42,450 bases of DNA from a virus. Taxonomy: Duplodnaviria > Caudoviricetes. The translations under genes and the position numbers were made by a program. The notes under the pieces were generated by a model. That model searched no databases. It was given only the letters and a program-made list of their open reading frames with translations, and was not told where the DNA came from. Positions 8,401 through 17,119 of the stretch are shown in pieces. The DNA is taken from positions 1 through 42,450 of the IMG/VR virus record IMGVR_UViG_3300027278_000019; one strand, 5' to 3'. Numbering within the stretch: position 1 is the stretch's first letter; the number at the start of each line of letters is the position of its first letter.

Positions 8401-10646
8401 AAGGTGAAATGGATACAGCGCAGGCTGATATTCTAACAAATGCTGGTGACATTGTAGCACTAGACGTTCGCGTAACAGCAAACGAAGGTGATATTGCTAC
8501 AAACGCTAGTGACATTACAGCACTAGACGGTCGTGTAACAGTAAACGAAGGTGACATTGCTCAACTAGAACTAGACCTAGCAGCAGAAGTAACACGTGCT
8601 CAAACAGCAGAAGCAGCAAACGCAACAGCTATTGCTAACGAAGTTACAGCACGTCAAGCAGCTATTGATGCAGAGCACCAGCACCACATTGACGGTGACG
8701 CAGCTACACTAACAAGTGCAAATGCTTACACAGATACACGTGAGACAGCTATTACAGCGGCTTACGAAGCATATGCAGATCAAGCAGAAGTTGATGCAAA
8801 AGCATACACAGACGCTCGTGAAGTTGTAATTACTTCAGCATACGAAGCAGCTGATACTCTACTAAACACTGCGATTACTAACGAAGCAAGCACACGTGCA
8901 ACAGCAGATACAAACCTACAGAATACTATCGACGCTGAAGTAACACGTGCTCAAGCAGCAGAAGCAGCAAACGCAGCGGCAGCGGCATCTAACCTACTAG
9001 AAATCACTGCAACACAAGCGGCAGCTGGTCTAAACACAGATGGTACATTCAACGCATATGTTGATACCAACTTCATTGACACTGCTACAACACTACGTGG
9101 TGCAGACATTCTACTAGACGCAGCAATCAAATCTGAAGAAACACGTGCTCTAGCAGCAGAAGGTGCTAACGCAACAGCTATTTCAAACGAAGTAACTCGC
9201 GCAACAGCAGTAGAAGCAGCAAACGCAGCAGCTATTACAGCAGAAGCAAGTACACGTGCAGCAGCAGACGTTGCACTAGGCGATAACATCCAAACTGTAT
9301 CGGACACCCTAGCACAAGAGCTACTAGACCGTGCAGCAGCAGATAGTAACCTACAATCACAGATCGACTTCATCGTGTCAAACACAGATGCGGCAGCACT
9401 AGATTCTCTAACAGAGATCGTTGCAGCATTCCAGACAGCTGATGGTGATCTACTAACAACTGTAACAGCTAACACAACAGCTATTTCAACTGAAGAAGCA
9501 GCTCGTATTTCAGCAGACAATGCTCTAACTACAGCTCTAGGCGCAGAAGAAACAGCACGTATTAGTGGTGACGCAACACTACAGTCAAACCTAGATACTG
9601 AAGTTGCAGCACTAGAAGCAGCAGACGGCGTTCTACAAACAAACATCGACGGCAAAGTTGCTAAGTCAGGCGACACAATGAGTGGCGACCTAGCTATGGG
9701 CGGTAACAAAGTAACTGGTCTAGCACAGCCATCAGCTGGTGCAGATGCAGTTAACCTAGATTACCTAAACACAGCACTATCAGCTTACGATCTAGATAAC
9801 TTCACTACAACAGATCTAGCAGAAGGTGACAACCTATACTACACAGACGCTCGCGTTCGTGCAGCGGTTTCAGCTTCAGGCGATTTAAGTTACGATTCAG
9901 AAACTGGTGTATTCAGTGTAGATACTTCAAAGGCACTACTAGATCTAACAGACTACGTAGGTACAGAGACAGACTACACAGCAATTGAAGGCTATGTTCT
10001 AGCTGTTAAGTCAGACGGTTCAGGCGTTGAACTAGTTGATCCAGCATCACTATCATTCGCACAATCAAACCGCCAGACAATCAACGGTGACGGTGCTCAG
10101 ACAACATTCGCACTAAACTTCTACGCAACTATTTCTAACGCAATGGTATTCGTAGGCGGTGTTATCCAGGACCCTGTAACACACTACTCACTAGATAGTG
10201 AAGCACAGACAATCACATTCGTTGAAGCAATCCCAACTGGTACACAAGCAGTTGTAGTTGCTAACGCAGTTGGTAACACACCATACATTGACAATGGTTC
10301 AATTACAAGTGAAAAACTAGCATCAGACGTTAAAACTTTCATTGCAGGTGGTAACGTAACAGCTGGTACTTCAGGTTCAGTAGTTGACACATTCAGTGGT
10401 GCAACATACCGCTCAGCTAAGTTCGTAATCCAAGTATCATATGGTTCAGAGTACGAAACACGCGAAGCACTAGTTGTACACAATGGTACTTCAGCGTTCA
10501 TTACAGAATACGCAATCGTTTACACAGGCGCAGGTCTGCTAGGTGATGCAAGTGTTCAAATGAACGGTACAGATGTTGAACTAGTTTATACAGCTAACAA
10601 CGCAGGTACAACAGTAAAAGTTATCGGTACTTACATCGAAGCATAA
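5451..10646 (+). CDS. Giant Ala/Thr/Asp/Glu-rich coiled-coil fibre protein (1731 aa)
   Basis: GGAG RBS; long run of E..R..AD and YTD/YAD coiled-coil repeats, four ALD(S/T)L.EI motifs, two EG.NLY(F/Y)TDAR motifs, C-terminal beta domains. Confidence 0.8.
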   Translation: MAFRQIKSPALANQAVINTKLDVTAVTGQNAKSSTALSGTFLIADVDTGSLAKITAGALIGSFTTDNLAEGTNLYFTDARAQLAVAADIASAVSAEAALREAADGLLDTAITNEASTRASADTTLQANIDAEATARAGADTVLRTDFEAADADLQAQINNIISNTDPEALDSLSEIVAAYQAADDAFTAAITANATAISTETTNRVNADNALQAAIDGEAATRAADDLTLQGNIDAEAATRLAADNALAGRVTANEGDIATLESDLAAEVTRATAAEGVLTSGLAAEVTRATTAEAANASNIEAEITARASADSLIRTDFAAADATNLQAAKDYSDAADVAQTTSLQAYADQAEVDAVATAEAYTDAREVAITSTYEAYADQAELDAVATAEAYTDAREVAITTAYQTYADQAEVDAKAYTDAREVAITTAYEAADAALQSQIDFIVSNTDEAALDSLTEIVAAFQAADSSLTGLINANTTAINNEAATREAADSTLTSNLATEVSARQTADTTLQANINAEATTRATADGVLQTNIDDEETRALAAEGVLQGNIDAEAATRIAADSALSGRVTTLEGDMDIVESGLASEITARTNADTTLQANITAEAAARVAADQTHTFDIGALDTRVTTNETDIADLETNLAQEVSDRIAGDNALSSALTTEATTRAAADVTLQNNIDAEEAARIAADDLLQTAIDNEAVARIAADGVLTTNVTNNTTAIATNTANLTTEIANRIAGDSALGGRLTTAESDIDALEGRMDTAEADVVSLEGRMDTAEADVVALEGRMDTAEADVVSLEGRMDTAEADIVAVEGRLDGIDTDLAAETAARIAGDSATLASANTYTDTAITNLVDGADTALDTLKEIGDAFAAADSNLQTLITNNSTRLTAVEGEVDVLQSEMDAAEGRLTVNEGEIDTLQSDLTAETAARIAADTALQTALQAYADLAETDANTYADAEIAAAVAALEAADTALDGRVTTLEGEMDTAQADILTNAGDIVALDVRVTANEGDIATNASDITALDGRVTVNEGDIAQLELDLAAEVTRAQTAEAANATAIANEVTARQAAIDAEHQHHIDGDAATLTSANAYTDTRETAITAAYEAYADQAEVDAKAYTDAREVVITSAYEAADTLLNTAITNEASTRATADTNLQNTIDAEVTRAQAAEAANAAAAASNLLEITATQAAAGLNTDGTFNAYVDTNFIDTATTLRGADILLDAAIKSEETRALAAEGANATAISNEVTRATAVEAANAAAITAEASTRAAADVALGDNIQTVSDTLAQELLDRAAADSNLQSQIDFIVSNTDAAALDSLTEIVAAFQTADGDLLTTVTANTTAISTEEAARISADNALTTALGAEETARISGDATLQSNLDTEVAALEAADGVLQTNIDGKVAKSGDTMSGDLAMGGNKVTGLAQPSAGADAVNLDYLNTALSAYDLDNFTTTDLAEGDNLYYTDARVRAAVSASGDLSYDSETGVFSVDTSKALLDLTDYVGTETDYTAIEGYVLAVKSDGSGVELVDPASLSFAQSNRQTINGDGAQTTFALNFYATISNAMVFVGGVIQDPVTHYSLDSEAQTITFVEAIPTGTQAVVVANAVGNTPYIDNGSITSEKLASDVKTFIAGGNVTAGTSGSVVDTFSGATYRSAKFVIQVSYGSEYETREALVVHNGTSAFITEYAIVYTGAGLLGDASVQMNGTDVELVYTANNAGTTVKVIGTYIEA
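6491..6750 (+). repeat. 90-bp (30-aa) intragenic tandem repeat
   Basis: AGCATATGCAGATCAAGCAGAA at 6491 and 6581, with a third shortened copy near 6671. Confidence 0.8.
7725..7892 (+). repeat. Four near-identical 42-bp (14-aa) tandem repeats
   Basis: GAAGG(T/C)CGTATGGACACAGCAGAAGC... at 7725, 7767, 7809 and 7851 (EGRMDTAEADVV(S/A)L). Confidence 0.9.
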
Positions 10647-10668
10647 TTTTACTGAATAAGTAAAGACT

Positions 10669-10700
10669 GGGCGGAGACTTTAGGGTTTCCGCCCTTTTTT
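10669..10700 (+). terminator. Rho-independent terminator
   Basis: GGGCGGAGACT-TTAG-GGTTTCCGCCC plus TTTTTT. Confidence 0.85.
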
Positions 10701-10829
10701 ATTGAATAACATAAACTACTATGATAATAAATAAAGAGTTTTAAAAGCAGTTAATACCACTATCAATCGCCTTAAATATTATTGGAAACTCTATGTTTCC
10801 CTTTTTTCGCGAAAAAAAGGAAATAATAA

Positions 10830-13800
10830 ATGGCACAAAAGAAATTTATTATCGACGGTGGTTTTTCAACTAACGCAGACTCAGTAATTACTGGTAACCT
10901 AGTAATGACAGGTAACGTTCTTCCGTCAATAAACTCAGACGGTGTAACTGGTTATGACCTAGGTAGTCCAGATTTTAAATGGCGCGACCTATTTCTATCA
11001 CAGGGCTCACTATACATTGATGGACAAAAAGTTCTACAATCAGATTCTGGCACAATCGTTGTTTCAGCTGATCCTGACCAATCACTATTAACAAAAACAA
11101 CTGGAACTGGTGTATTAACATTCCAGTCAGAAACTCCAATTTCAATTGCTGGTACACTACAAATGGGTGTAGGCAAGCGTATCACATCAGCTGATGGTCT
11201 ATCAGTTGTATTTGGTGATAAAATTGATATGGATTCAAACCAGATCATTAACGTTGGTACTCCAACAGCAGAAGGACACGTGACAACAAAAGGTTATGTT
11301 GACAGCGCAATCACATCAATACTTGGTGGCGGCGGTTCAGCAGTTTCAGGTACAACTGGTACATTCTCAAGTGATGTTAGTATCCAAGGTAACCTAACAG
11401 TTAGTGGCACAACTACAACTGTTAACTCAGAAACAATCTCATTAGCTGATAACATTATCGACCTAAACTCAAACATGACATCTGGTACACCAACAGAAAA
11501 TGCTGGTATCAGAATTATGCGTGGTGACGAAAGTGCAGTTCAGCTACGTTGGAACGAAGCTACTGATCGTTGGACATTTACAAACGACGGTACAGCATAC
11601 TATCCACTAGTAGTTTCAACAACTGACCTAGTTGAAGGTACAAACCTATACTTCACAGATGCACGTGCTCAAGCAGCCCTAGCATCAACAGTATCACTAC
11701 TACAATCAGCTGACACAACACTACAAGCTAATATTACAAGTGAAGCTTCAACACGTGCAGCGGCTGACACATCAATTCGTACAGACTTTGGCGCAGCAGA
11801 CGCAACACTACAATCAAATATTGACAGTGAAGAAGCAGCACGTATTGCAGGCGATAGTGCTACACTAGCATCTGCACAAGCATACGCAGATAGTGCAGAA
11901 GCAGACGCAATTGCTTCAGCAAATGCATATACAGATGGTCGCGAAGCAGCGATTACAAGTGCATACCAGACTGCTATTGCAGCGGCAGCAGAAGCTCAAG
12001 ACGAACTAAACGAACTAGTTGATGTTAATATTACATCAGTAACAAATGGTCAATTCCTACGTTACGACTTGGGTGCGCAAAAGTGGATTAACGTAACAGC
12101 AAACACAACTATGATTGCTGAAGGTACAAAACTGTTCTTTACAGATGCACGTGCCCAAGCAGCGGTTGCAGAAGACATTGCTTCAGCAGTTACAGCAGAA
12201 GCAAGTGATCGTTCAACAGCAGACGCAATACTACAAGTTAATATTGATACACTAGAAGCAAGTCTAGCAAGTGAAGCAAGTACACGTGCTGGTGCAGGCA
12301 GCGATCTACAAGACGCTATTGATGCAGAAGCAACTGCTCGTGCAAGTGCAGATACAACACTACAAGGCAATATTGATACAGTAGCAAGTGATCTAGCAAC
12401 TGAAGCAACTGCTCGTGCAAGTGCAGATACAACACTGCAAGGCAATATCGATGCATTAACCACAACAGTCAACAATGTAATCAGCAATACAGACGCGGCT
12501 GCACTAGACTCATTAACTGAAATTGTTGGAGCATTCCAATCAGCAGATAGCACAATCAATGGTGCAATTACTTCATTGTCTGGATCTGCTGCCGCAGATC
12601 GCGCAGCTATCCGTACTGAATTTGCAGCAGCAGACGTAGTTGTTACAACTGCATACACTGATGCAATTGCAACAGCAAAAGCAAGTGCTATCTCAACCGC
12701 GGCAACTGATGCGACAACAAAGGCAGATGCGGCTGAATCAGCAGCTAACACATACACAGATGGTGAGATTTCAACACTTGATGCTTCACTAAAAACATAT
12801 GCAGACACAGCAGAAGCAGACGCAATTGCCGCAGCGGCAACTGATGCAACAACTAAAGTAGCAGCAGAAGCAACTGCTCGTGCAAGTGCAGATACGACAC
12901 TGCAAGGCAATATCAATGCAGAAGCAAGTACACGTGCAAGTGCAGATACAACACTGCAAGGCAATATTGATACACTATCAGCAAGTCTAGCAAGTGAAGC
13001 ATCAACACGTGCAAGTGCAGATACAACACTGCAAGGCAATATCAATGCAGAAGCAAGTACACGTGCAAGTGCAGATACAGTACTACAAGGCAATATTGAT
13101 ACTGTAGCAGATGATGTTGCAGCACTATCAGCTGATGTTGCAGCACTAACAACTGATGATGTTGCAGAAGGCTCAAACCTTTACTATACAGATGCACGTG
13201 TTATCTCAGCACTAGCAGCCGGTTCAGATGTTACTATCGCAGGTAACCTAACAGTTTCAGGTACAACTACAACAATTAATACTGAGACAATCAATCTAGC
13301 GGACAACATTATCCTACTAAACTCAAATGCAACTGGTTCTGCTTCACAGAACGGCGGTATTGAGATTGAGCGCGGTGATGACCTAAACGTTCAGTTCATA
13401 TGGGACGAATCAAATGACCGTTGGACTGTAGGTGCTGAATCACTATACTCAGCAGGTGGATTTATCGGTAATGTTACTGGCAATGCTTCAACAGCAACTA
13501 AGTGGGCTACTGCTCGTACCAACACTGTAACCCTAACTGGAGACGTAACTGGTACAGGTAATGCTTCAGTAGACGGTACTGGTAACTGGACTGTTTCACT
13601 AGCAACAACTGTTGCAGCTAATAGTGTTGCACTAGGCACAGATACAACTGGTGCGTATGTTCAAGACGTAGTAGCAGGCAGTGGTATCAGCATCAGTGAA
13701 TCTGCAAGTGGTGCTGAAGGCAACGTAGCTACAATTAGCCACGCTGACACTTCAAGTGTAGCAAACGTTTCAAGCAACAACTCAGGTGGTGTATTCATCC

Positions 13801-14114
13801 AGGACGTTGCGCTAACATTTGATGCATATGGTCACACAACAGGTGCGTCAGTAGCAACAGCTACAATGACAAACTTCCACAGTGGTGTTACAGACATTAA
13901 CTCAACAGTTGCAAGTAACAACGCATCAGGTTCAGTTAACATTACTTTCACTGACCTAGTAGGCGCAGTACACTATAACGTGTATCTAAACCGTATTCTA
14001 CTACGTCCAAGTGAAGTTACAAATGTAAACACGTCAACTGGTCAAGTAACAATTGCAACAGGCGTTCTTGCAACAGACGACGAACTAGAAGTAACAGGAC
14101 TAAAAATTGCATAA
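10830..14114 (+). CDS. Long fibre protein with coiled-coil stalk (1094 aa)
   Basis: Two GNLTVSGTTTT modules, three EG.(N/K)L(Y/F)(F/Y)TDAR motifs, 18-aa EAS/TRASADTTLQGNI repeats, ATKWATART..LTGD motif. Confidence 0.8.
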   Translation: MAQKKFIIDGGFSTNADSVITGNLVMTGNVLPSINSDGVTGYDLGSPDFKWRDLFLSQGSLYIDGQKVLQSDSGTIVVSADPDQSLLTKTTGTGVLTFQSETPISIAGTLQMGVGKRITSADGLSVVFGDKIDMDSNQIINVGTPTAEGHVTTKGYVDSAITSILGGGGSAVSGTTGTFSSDVSIQGNLTVSGTTTTVNSETISLADNIIDLNSNMTSGTPTENAGIRIMRGDESAVQLRWNEATDRWTFTNDGTAYYPLVVSTTDLVEGTNLYFTDARAQAALASTVSLLQSADTTLQANITSEASTRAAADTSIRTDFGAADATLQSNIDSEEAARIAGDSATLASAQAYADSAEADAIASANAYTDGREAAITSAYQTAIAAAAEAQDELNELVDVNITSVTNGQFLRYDLGAQKWINVTANTTMIAEGTKLFFTDARAQAAVAEDIASAVTAEASDRSTADAILQVNIDTLEASLASEASTRAGAGSDLQDAIDAEATARASADTTLQGNIDTVASDLATEATARASADTTLQGNIDALTTTVNNVISNTDAAALDSLTEIVGAFQSADSTINGAITSLSGSAAADRAAIRTEFAAADVVVTTAYTDAIATAKASAISTAATDATTKADAAESAANTYTDGEISTLDASLKTYADTAEADAIAAAATDATTKVAAEATARASADTTLQGNINAEASTRASADTTLQGNIDTLSASLASEASTRASADTTLQGNINAEASTRASADTVLQGNIDTVADDVAALSADVAALTTDDVAEGSNLYYTDARVISALAAGSDVTIAGNLTVSGTTTTINTETINLADNIILLNSNATGSASQNGGIEIERGDDLNVQFIWDESNDRWTVGAESLYSAGGFIGNVTGNASTATKWATARTNTVTLTGDVTGTGNASVDGTGNWTVSLATTVAANSVALGTDTTGAYVQDVVAGSGISISESASGAEGNVATISHADTSSVANVSSNNSGGVFIQDVALTFDAYGHTTGASVATATMTNFHSGVTDINSTVASNNASGSVNITFTDLVGAVHYNVYLNRILLRPSEVTNVNTSTGQVTIATGVLATDDELEVTGLKIA
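12320..13100 (+). repeat. Imperfect ~54-bp intragenic repeats (RASADTTLQGNI)
   Basis: CGTGCAAGTGCAGATAC.ACACT(G/A)CAAGGCAATAT recurs about six times, in two clusters. Confidence 0.8.
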
Positions 14115-14128
14115 TTAACTAACCAACG

Positions 14129-14152
14129 GTGGGGGGTATGACATCCCCCCAC
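14129..14152 (+). other. Strong GC-rich intergenic hairpin without U tail
   Basis: GTGGGGGG-TATGACAT-CCCCCCAC. Confidence 0.6.
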
Positions 14153-14243
14153 TTAGACAAAATTAACAAAAGTTAATGGAGTCAGTGGCGTACAAGATGT
14201 ATTGCTTCGTGTTAGTTAAGCTCAAAAACAGAGGAGAGCTAAA

Positions 14244-15956
14244 ATGTCAGATCGTTATATTCGCTACTATGATTCAAATAGTGGTAGCACAACAACAGGT
14301 ACTTTCAATTTTGATAAATCAAAGAAGTACAAGCTAAACAAGACAAGTGGTTCAATTGAAGAAGTAACCGCCTTAACCCCGCTGGCCGCTGACGAAATCA
14401 GTATTCCAGGTAGTAAATCATCACTACGCCGTATTGGCGACCTAGAACGTAACATAACAATTCTAGCGTCAAAAGCTGGTATCTCTGGTGCAACAAACAG
14501 TGATACTGATACTGTTCTAAAAACAAGTGCGCAAGCACTAAGTACTGCAAGTAATGCACTAACATCAAGTAATGCTACTATTACACTAGCACGTGGTGAT
14601 GGTACAACAGATGTAGTAACAGTAAACAACGTTGCAAACGCTTCAGCAGCGACTACTGCTACAAAATGGGCAACTGCTCGTACACTTACATTAGCAGGTG
14701 ATGCAAGCGGCTCAGTTAGTATCGATGGTTCAGCAAACGTTTCACTAACAATGACAGTTGCGAACGATTCACACACTCACGCATTTGCTAACCTAACAAG
14801 CAAGCCAACAACACTAGCAGGTTATGGTATCACTGATGCATATACATCAACTGATGTTGACGCATCAATTGCGACCGCAATTTCTAATCTAGTTAATTCA
14901 GCACCAGGTACACTGGATACACTGAACGAACTAGCGGCAGCTCTAGGTGATGATCCAAACTTTGCCACTACGGTTACAAATAGTATTGCGACTAAATTAA
15001 ATACTTCTAGTTACACTGCTGCGGATGTCCTTACCAAGATTAAAACTGTTGACGGGGCGGCGTCTGGTCTGGATGCAGACTTGCTTGATGGTAATCACGC
15101 AAGTGCTTTTGCTTTAGCAAGCCACACCCACGATTACGTTCCAGAACGAAGCCGCTCAGACTGGAACGACAGCACTGTTATAAATGATGTCATCGGTCAG
15201 ATGGCATGGAAGCACCATGGCAACAACCACACCATCTTTGACGCATCCAACAGCACGTCACCTACAGGTGTAGCTAAAAACAACACAAACCCAGATGTGC
15301 CATGGGCTGCGACCTACCCCACCCTGATGGGTTACAACGGTACAAACACTTATGGTGTCCGTGTTGACATTGCACGTAAGGCAGAACTCCTTGGTGGACT
15401 AGCCGCCACACAGTTCCTGCGTTCAGATGTGGCTAGTACATCAACTAGCACTGTAAACGCTGCCACATTCAACGCTACCTCAACTGCTGGTGGCGGCTTC
15501 CAAGGCATTGACGCTGACACTGCAACAGCACCTTCTTTCACTTGGACTGCTGATCTCAACACAGGCATCTACAGACCAGCGGCTGACCAACTTGGCATTA
15601 CTACTGGCGGCGCCGCGAGGGGTGTATTTTCTGCTACAGGGTTATCCGTTACTGGTTCGATAACAGCAACTGGCGATGTAACTGCTTACTCAGATGAACG
15701 TCTAAAAGACAATATTGAAGTTATTCCAAATGCTGGTGAAAAAGTAGCTGCCCTTCGTGGTGTTACATTTACCCGTAAAGCAGATGGCATTGCATCAACA
15801 GGTCTAGTTGCACAAGACGTGGCAGCAGTTCTTCCAGAAGCAGTTATTGAAGGTGACGACGGTATGCTATCAGTTAAGTATGGTAATATTGTTGGTCTAC
15901 TAGTAGAAGCTATTAAAGAACTACAGGCAGAAGTAGCAGAGTTAAAAAAGAAATAA
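14244..15956 (+). CDS. Tail fibre with C-terminal peptidase S74 intramolecular chaperone
   Basis: GAGGAG RBS; APGTLDTLNELAAAL, KPTTLAGYGITD and LDADLLDG fibre motifs; YSDERLKDNI...GLVAQDV...YGNIVGLLVEAIKEL. Confidence 0.85.
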   Translation: MSDRYIRYYDSNSGSTTTGTFNFDKSKKYKLNKTSGSIEEVTALTPLAADEISIPGSKSSLRRIGDLERNITILASKAGISGATNSDTDTVLKTSAQALSTASNALTSSNATITLARGDGTTDVVTVNNVANASAATTATKWATARTLTLAGDASGSVSIDGSANVSLTMTVANDSHTHAFANLTSKPTTLAGYGITDAYTSTDVDASIATAISNLVNSAPGTLDTLNELAAALGDDPNFATTVTNSIATKLNTSSYTAADVLTKIKTVDGAASGLDADLLDGNHASAFALASHTHDYVPERSRSDWNDSTVINDVIGQMAWKHHGNNHTIFDASNSTSPTGVAKNNTNPDVPWAATYPTLMGYNGTNTYGVRVDIARKAELLGGLAATQFLRSDVASTSTSTVNAATFNATSTAGGGFQGIDADTATAPSFTWTADLNTGIYRPAADQLGITTGGAARGVFSATGLSVTGSITATGDVTAYSDERLKDNIEVIPNAGEKVAALRGVTFTRKADGIASTGLVAQDVAAVLPEAVIEGDDGMLSVKYGNIVGLLVEAIKELQAEVAELKKK

Positions 15957-15990
15957 TCACAGTTTAATGTGAAAAATAAACTACTAACTT

Positions 15991-16018
15991 AGAGGGGCTG
16001 GCCTAGCCCCTCTTTTTT
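15991..16018 (+). terminator. Rho-independent terminator
   Basis: AGAGGGGCT-GGCCT-AGCCCCTCT plus T run. Confidence 0.85.
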
Positions 16019-16022
16019 ATAC

Positions 16023-16030
16023 TATAAATA
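16023..16030 (+). promoter_or_regulatory. Late promoter (TATAAATA) 5 nt before ATG
   Basis: Exact consensus directly after the terminator. Confidence 0.7.
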
Positions 16031-16035
16031 CCACT

Positions 16036-16491
16036 ATGAAAATTGTCAAGCATATAGATACAGTAAAACATTTGCCACGATCCGCAAATCCCATAATAGA
16101 AACTCTTTCACTAGAATGGGTAGCATTTGAAGATTTATGGGTTACCCCTGATCAAGTAGCTACTTTTGATATCGGACATTTAAATGAAATATTAGAAAAT
16201 TACCACCCTGCATTATTGAGATCCAGTAGTGTGGTGCTAATAGACGGACACCGTGTTTTATGGGATGGACAACATACTGCAACTGCTAATTGGATTATGG
16301 GTATGGACAAGGTTCCGTGCCTAGTTACGACGACTGATACGTTGGATTTTAAAAACATACCCAGCATAGAAAAGTTTGACAGTATACAAATAGCTAAATT
16401 AATGATGGATTTAATTGAACAAAATAATATATCTTCCATTGCGGATTTACAAAATTATATAAAAACATATGATAATTATCAAAACAGATAA
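16036..16491 (+). CDS. Hypothetical protein with ParB/Srx-like DGQH motif
   Basis: LWDGQHTATA...KVPC pattern resembles the ParB N-terminal fold signature. Confidence 0.5.
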   Translation: MKIVKHIDTVKHLPRSANPIIETLSLEWVAFEDLWVTPDQVATFDIGHLNEILENYHPALLRSSSVVLIDGHRVLWDGQHTATANWIMGMDKVPCLVTTTDTLDFKNIPSIEKFDSIQIAKLMMDLIEQNNISSIADLQNYIKTYDNYQNR

Positions 16492-16494
16492 ATA
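16487..16494 (+). promoter_or_regulatory. Late promoter (GATAAATA)
   Basis: Late motif overlapping the upstream stop codon, before an AAGGAG RBS. Confidence 0.55.
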
Positions 16495-16529
16495 CAATAG
16501 CACAAACAAGTCCTTAAGGAGAATTTTGA

Positions 16530-17111
16530 ATGGCGTTTCGTAAACTTGATTTACAAATGACTAAATCTGAAGTCGTTGACTTCACTGATGCGGTTATGGT
16601 ACTAGCAAAAGAAAATACTAGTTCAACAGTTGATATCGGTATTATGGGCCGTATTGGTGTAAACACCTACGCTGGCCTGGTAAGAGATGGAGAAACTGGA
16701 AAATTCTTCCTAATTGATAACTACGCTCTTGGATCTACAGTAACCAGTAATGCAATTACTGAGGCAGGCATTACAGCACATGCAACACTTGAATTAGAAA
16801 ACTTAATTGCTAAAAGCGATGTAGTAACCTATTCAGACGCACGTTTTAAGCACAACGTAGTAACTATTGATAATGCATTAGAAAAAGTAAATGCAATGCG
16901 TGGTGTTGAGTACGAAAAAGGTGGCAAACAAAATATTGGTGTTATTGCCCAGGAAGTAGAAGTCATCGTTCCAGAAGTAGTTCATACAGATCCAGAAGGA
17001 ATGAAGTCAGTAGCTTATGGCAACCTCGTAGGGTTACTAATAGAATCTATTAAAGAATTAACTGCCCGTGTAGAATCACTGGAAAAACAAATTTTTGGTG
17101 ATTCCAAATAA
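16530..17111 (+). CDS. Short fibre protein with peptidase S74 chaperone domain
   Basis: YSDARFKHNV...GVIAQEVE...YGNLVGLLIESIKEL. Confidence 0.8.
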   Translation: MAFRKLDLQMTKSEVVDFTDAVMVLAKENTSSTVDIGIMGRIGVNTYAGLVRDGETGKFFLIDNYALGSTVTSNAITEAGITAHATLELENLIAKSDVVTYSDARFKHNVVTIDNALEKVNAMRGVEYEKGGKQNIGVIAQEVEVIVPEVVHTDPEGMKSVAYGNLVGLLIESIKELTARVESLEKQIFGDSK

Positions 17112-17119
17112 AATAAATA
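17112..17119 (+). promoter_or_regulatory. Late promoter (AATAAATA)
   Basis: Late motif, intergenic. Confidence 0.5.

Noticed and set aside
3264-13639. Long antisense ORFs (357, 419, 252, 343 aa and others)
   Set aside because: Shadows of the repetitive GCA/ACA/GAA-rich fibre genes; low-complexity S/A/V/R translations with no expression signals.
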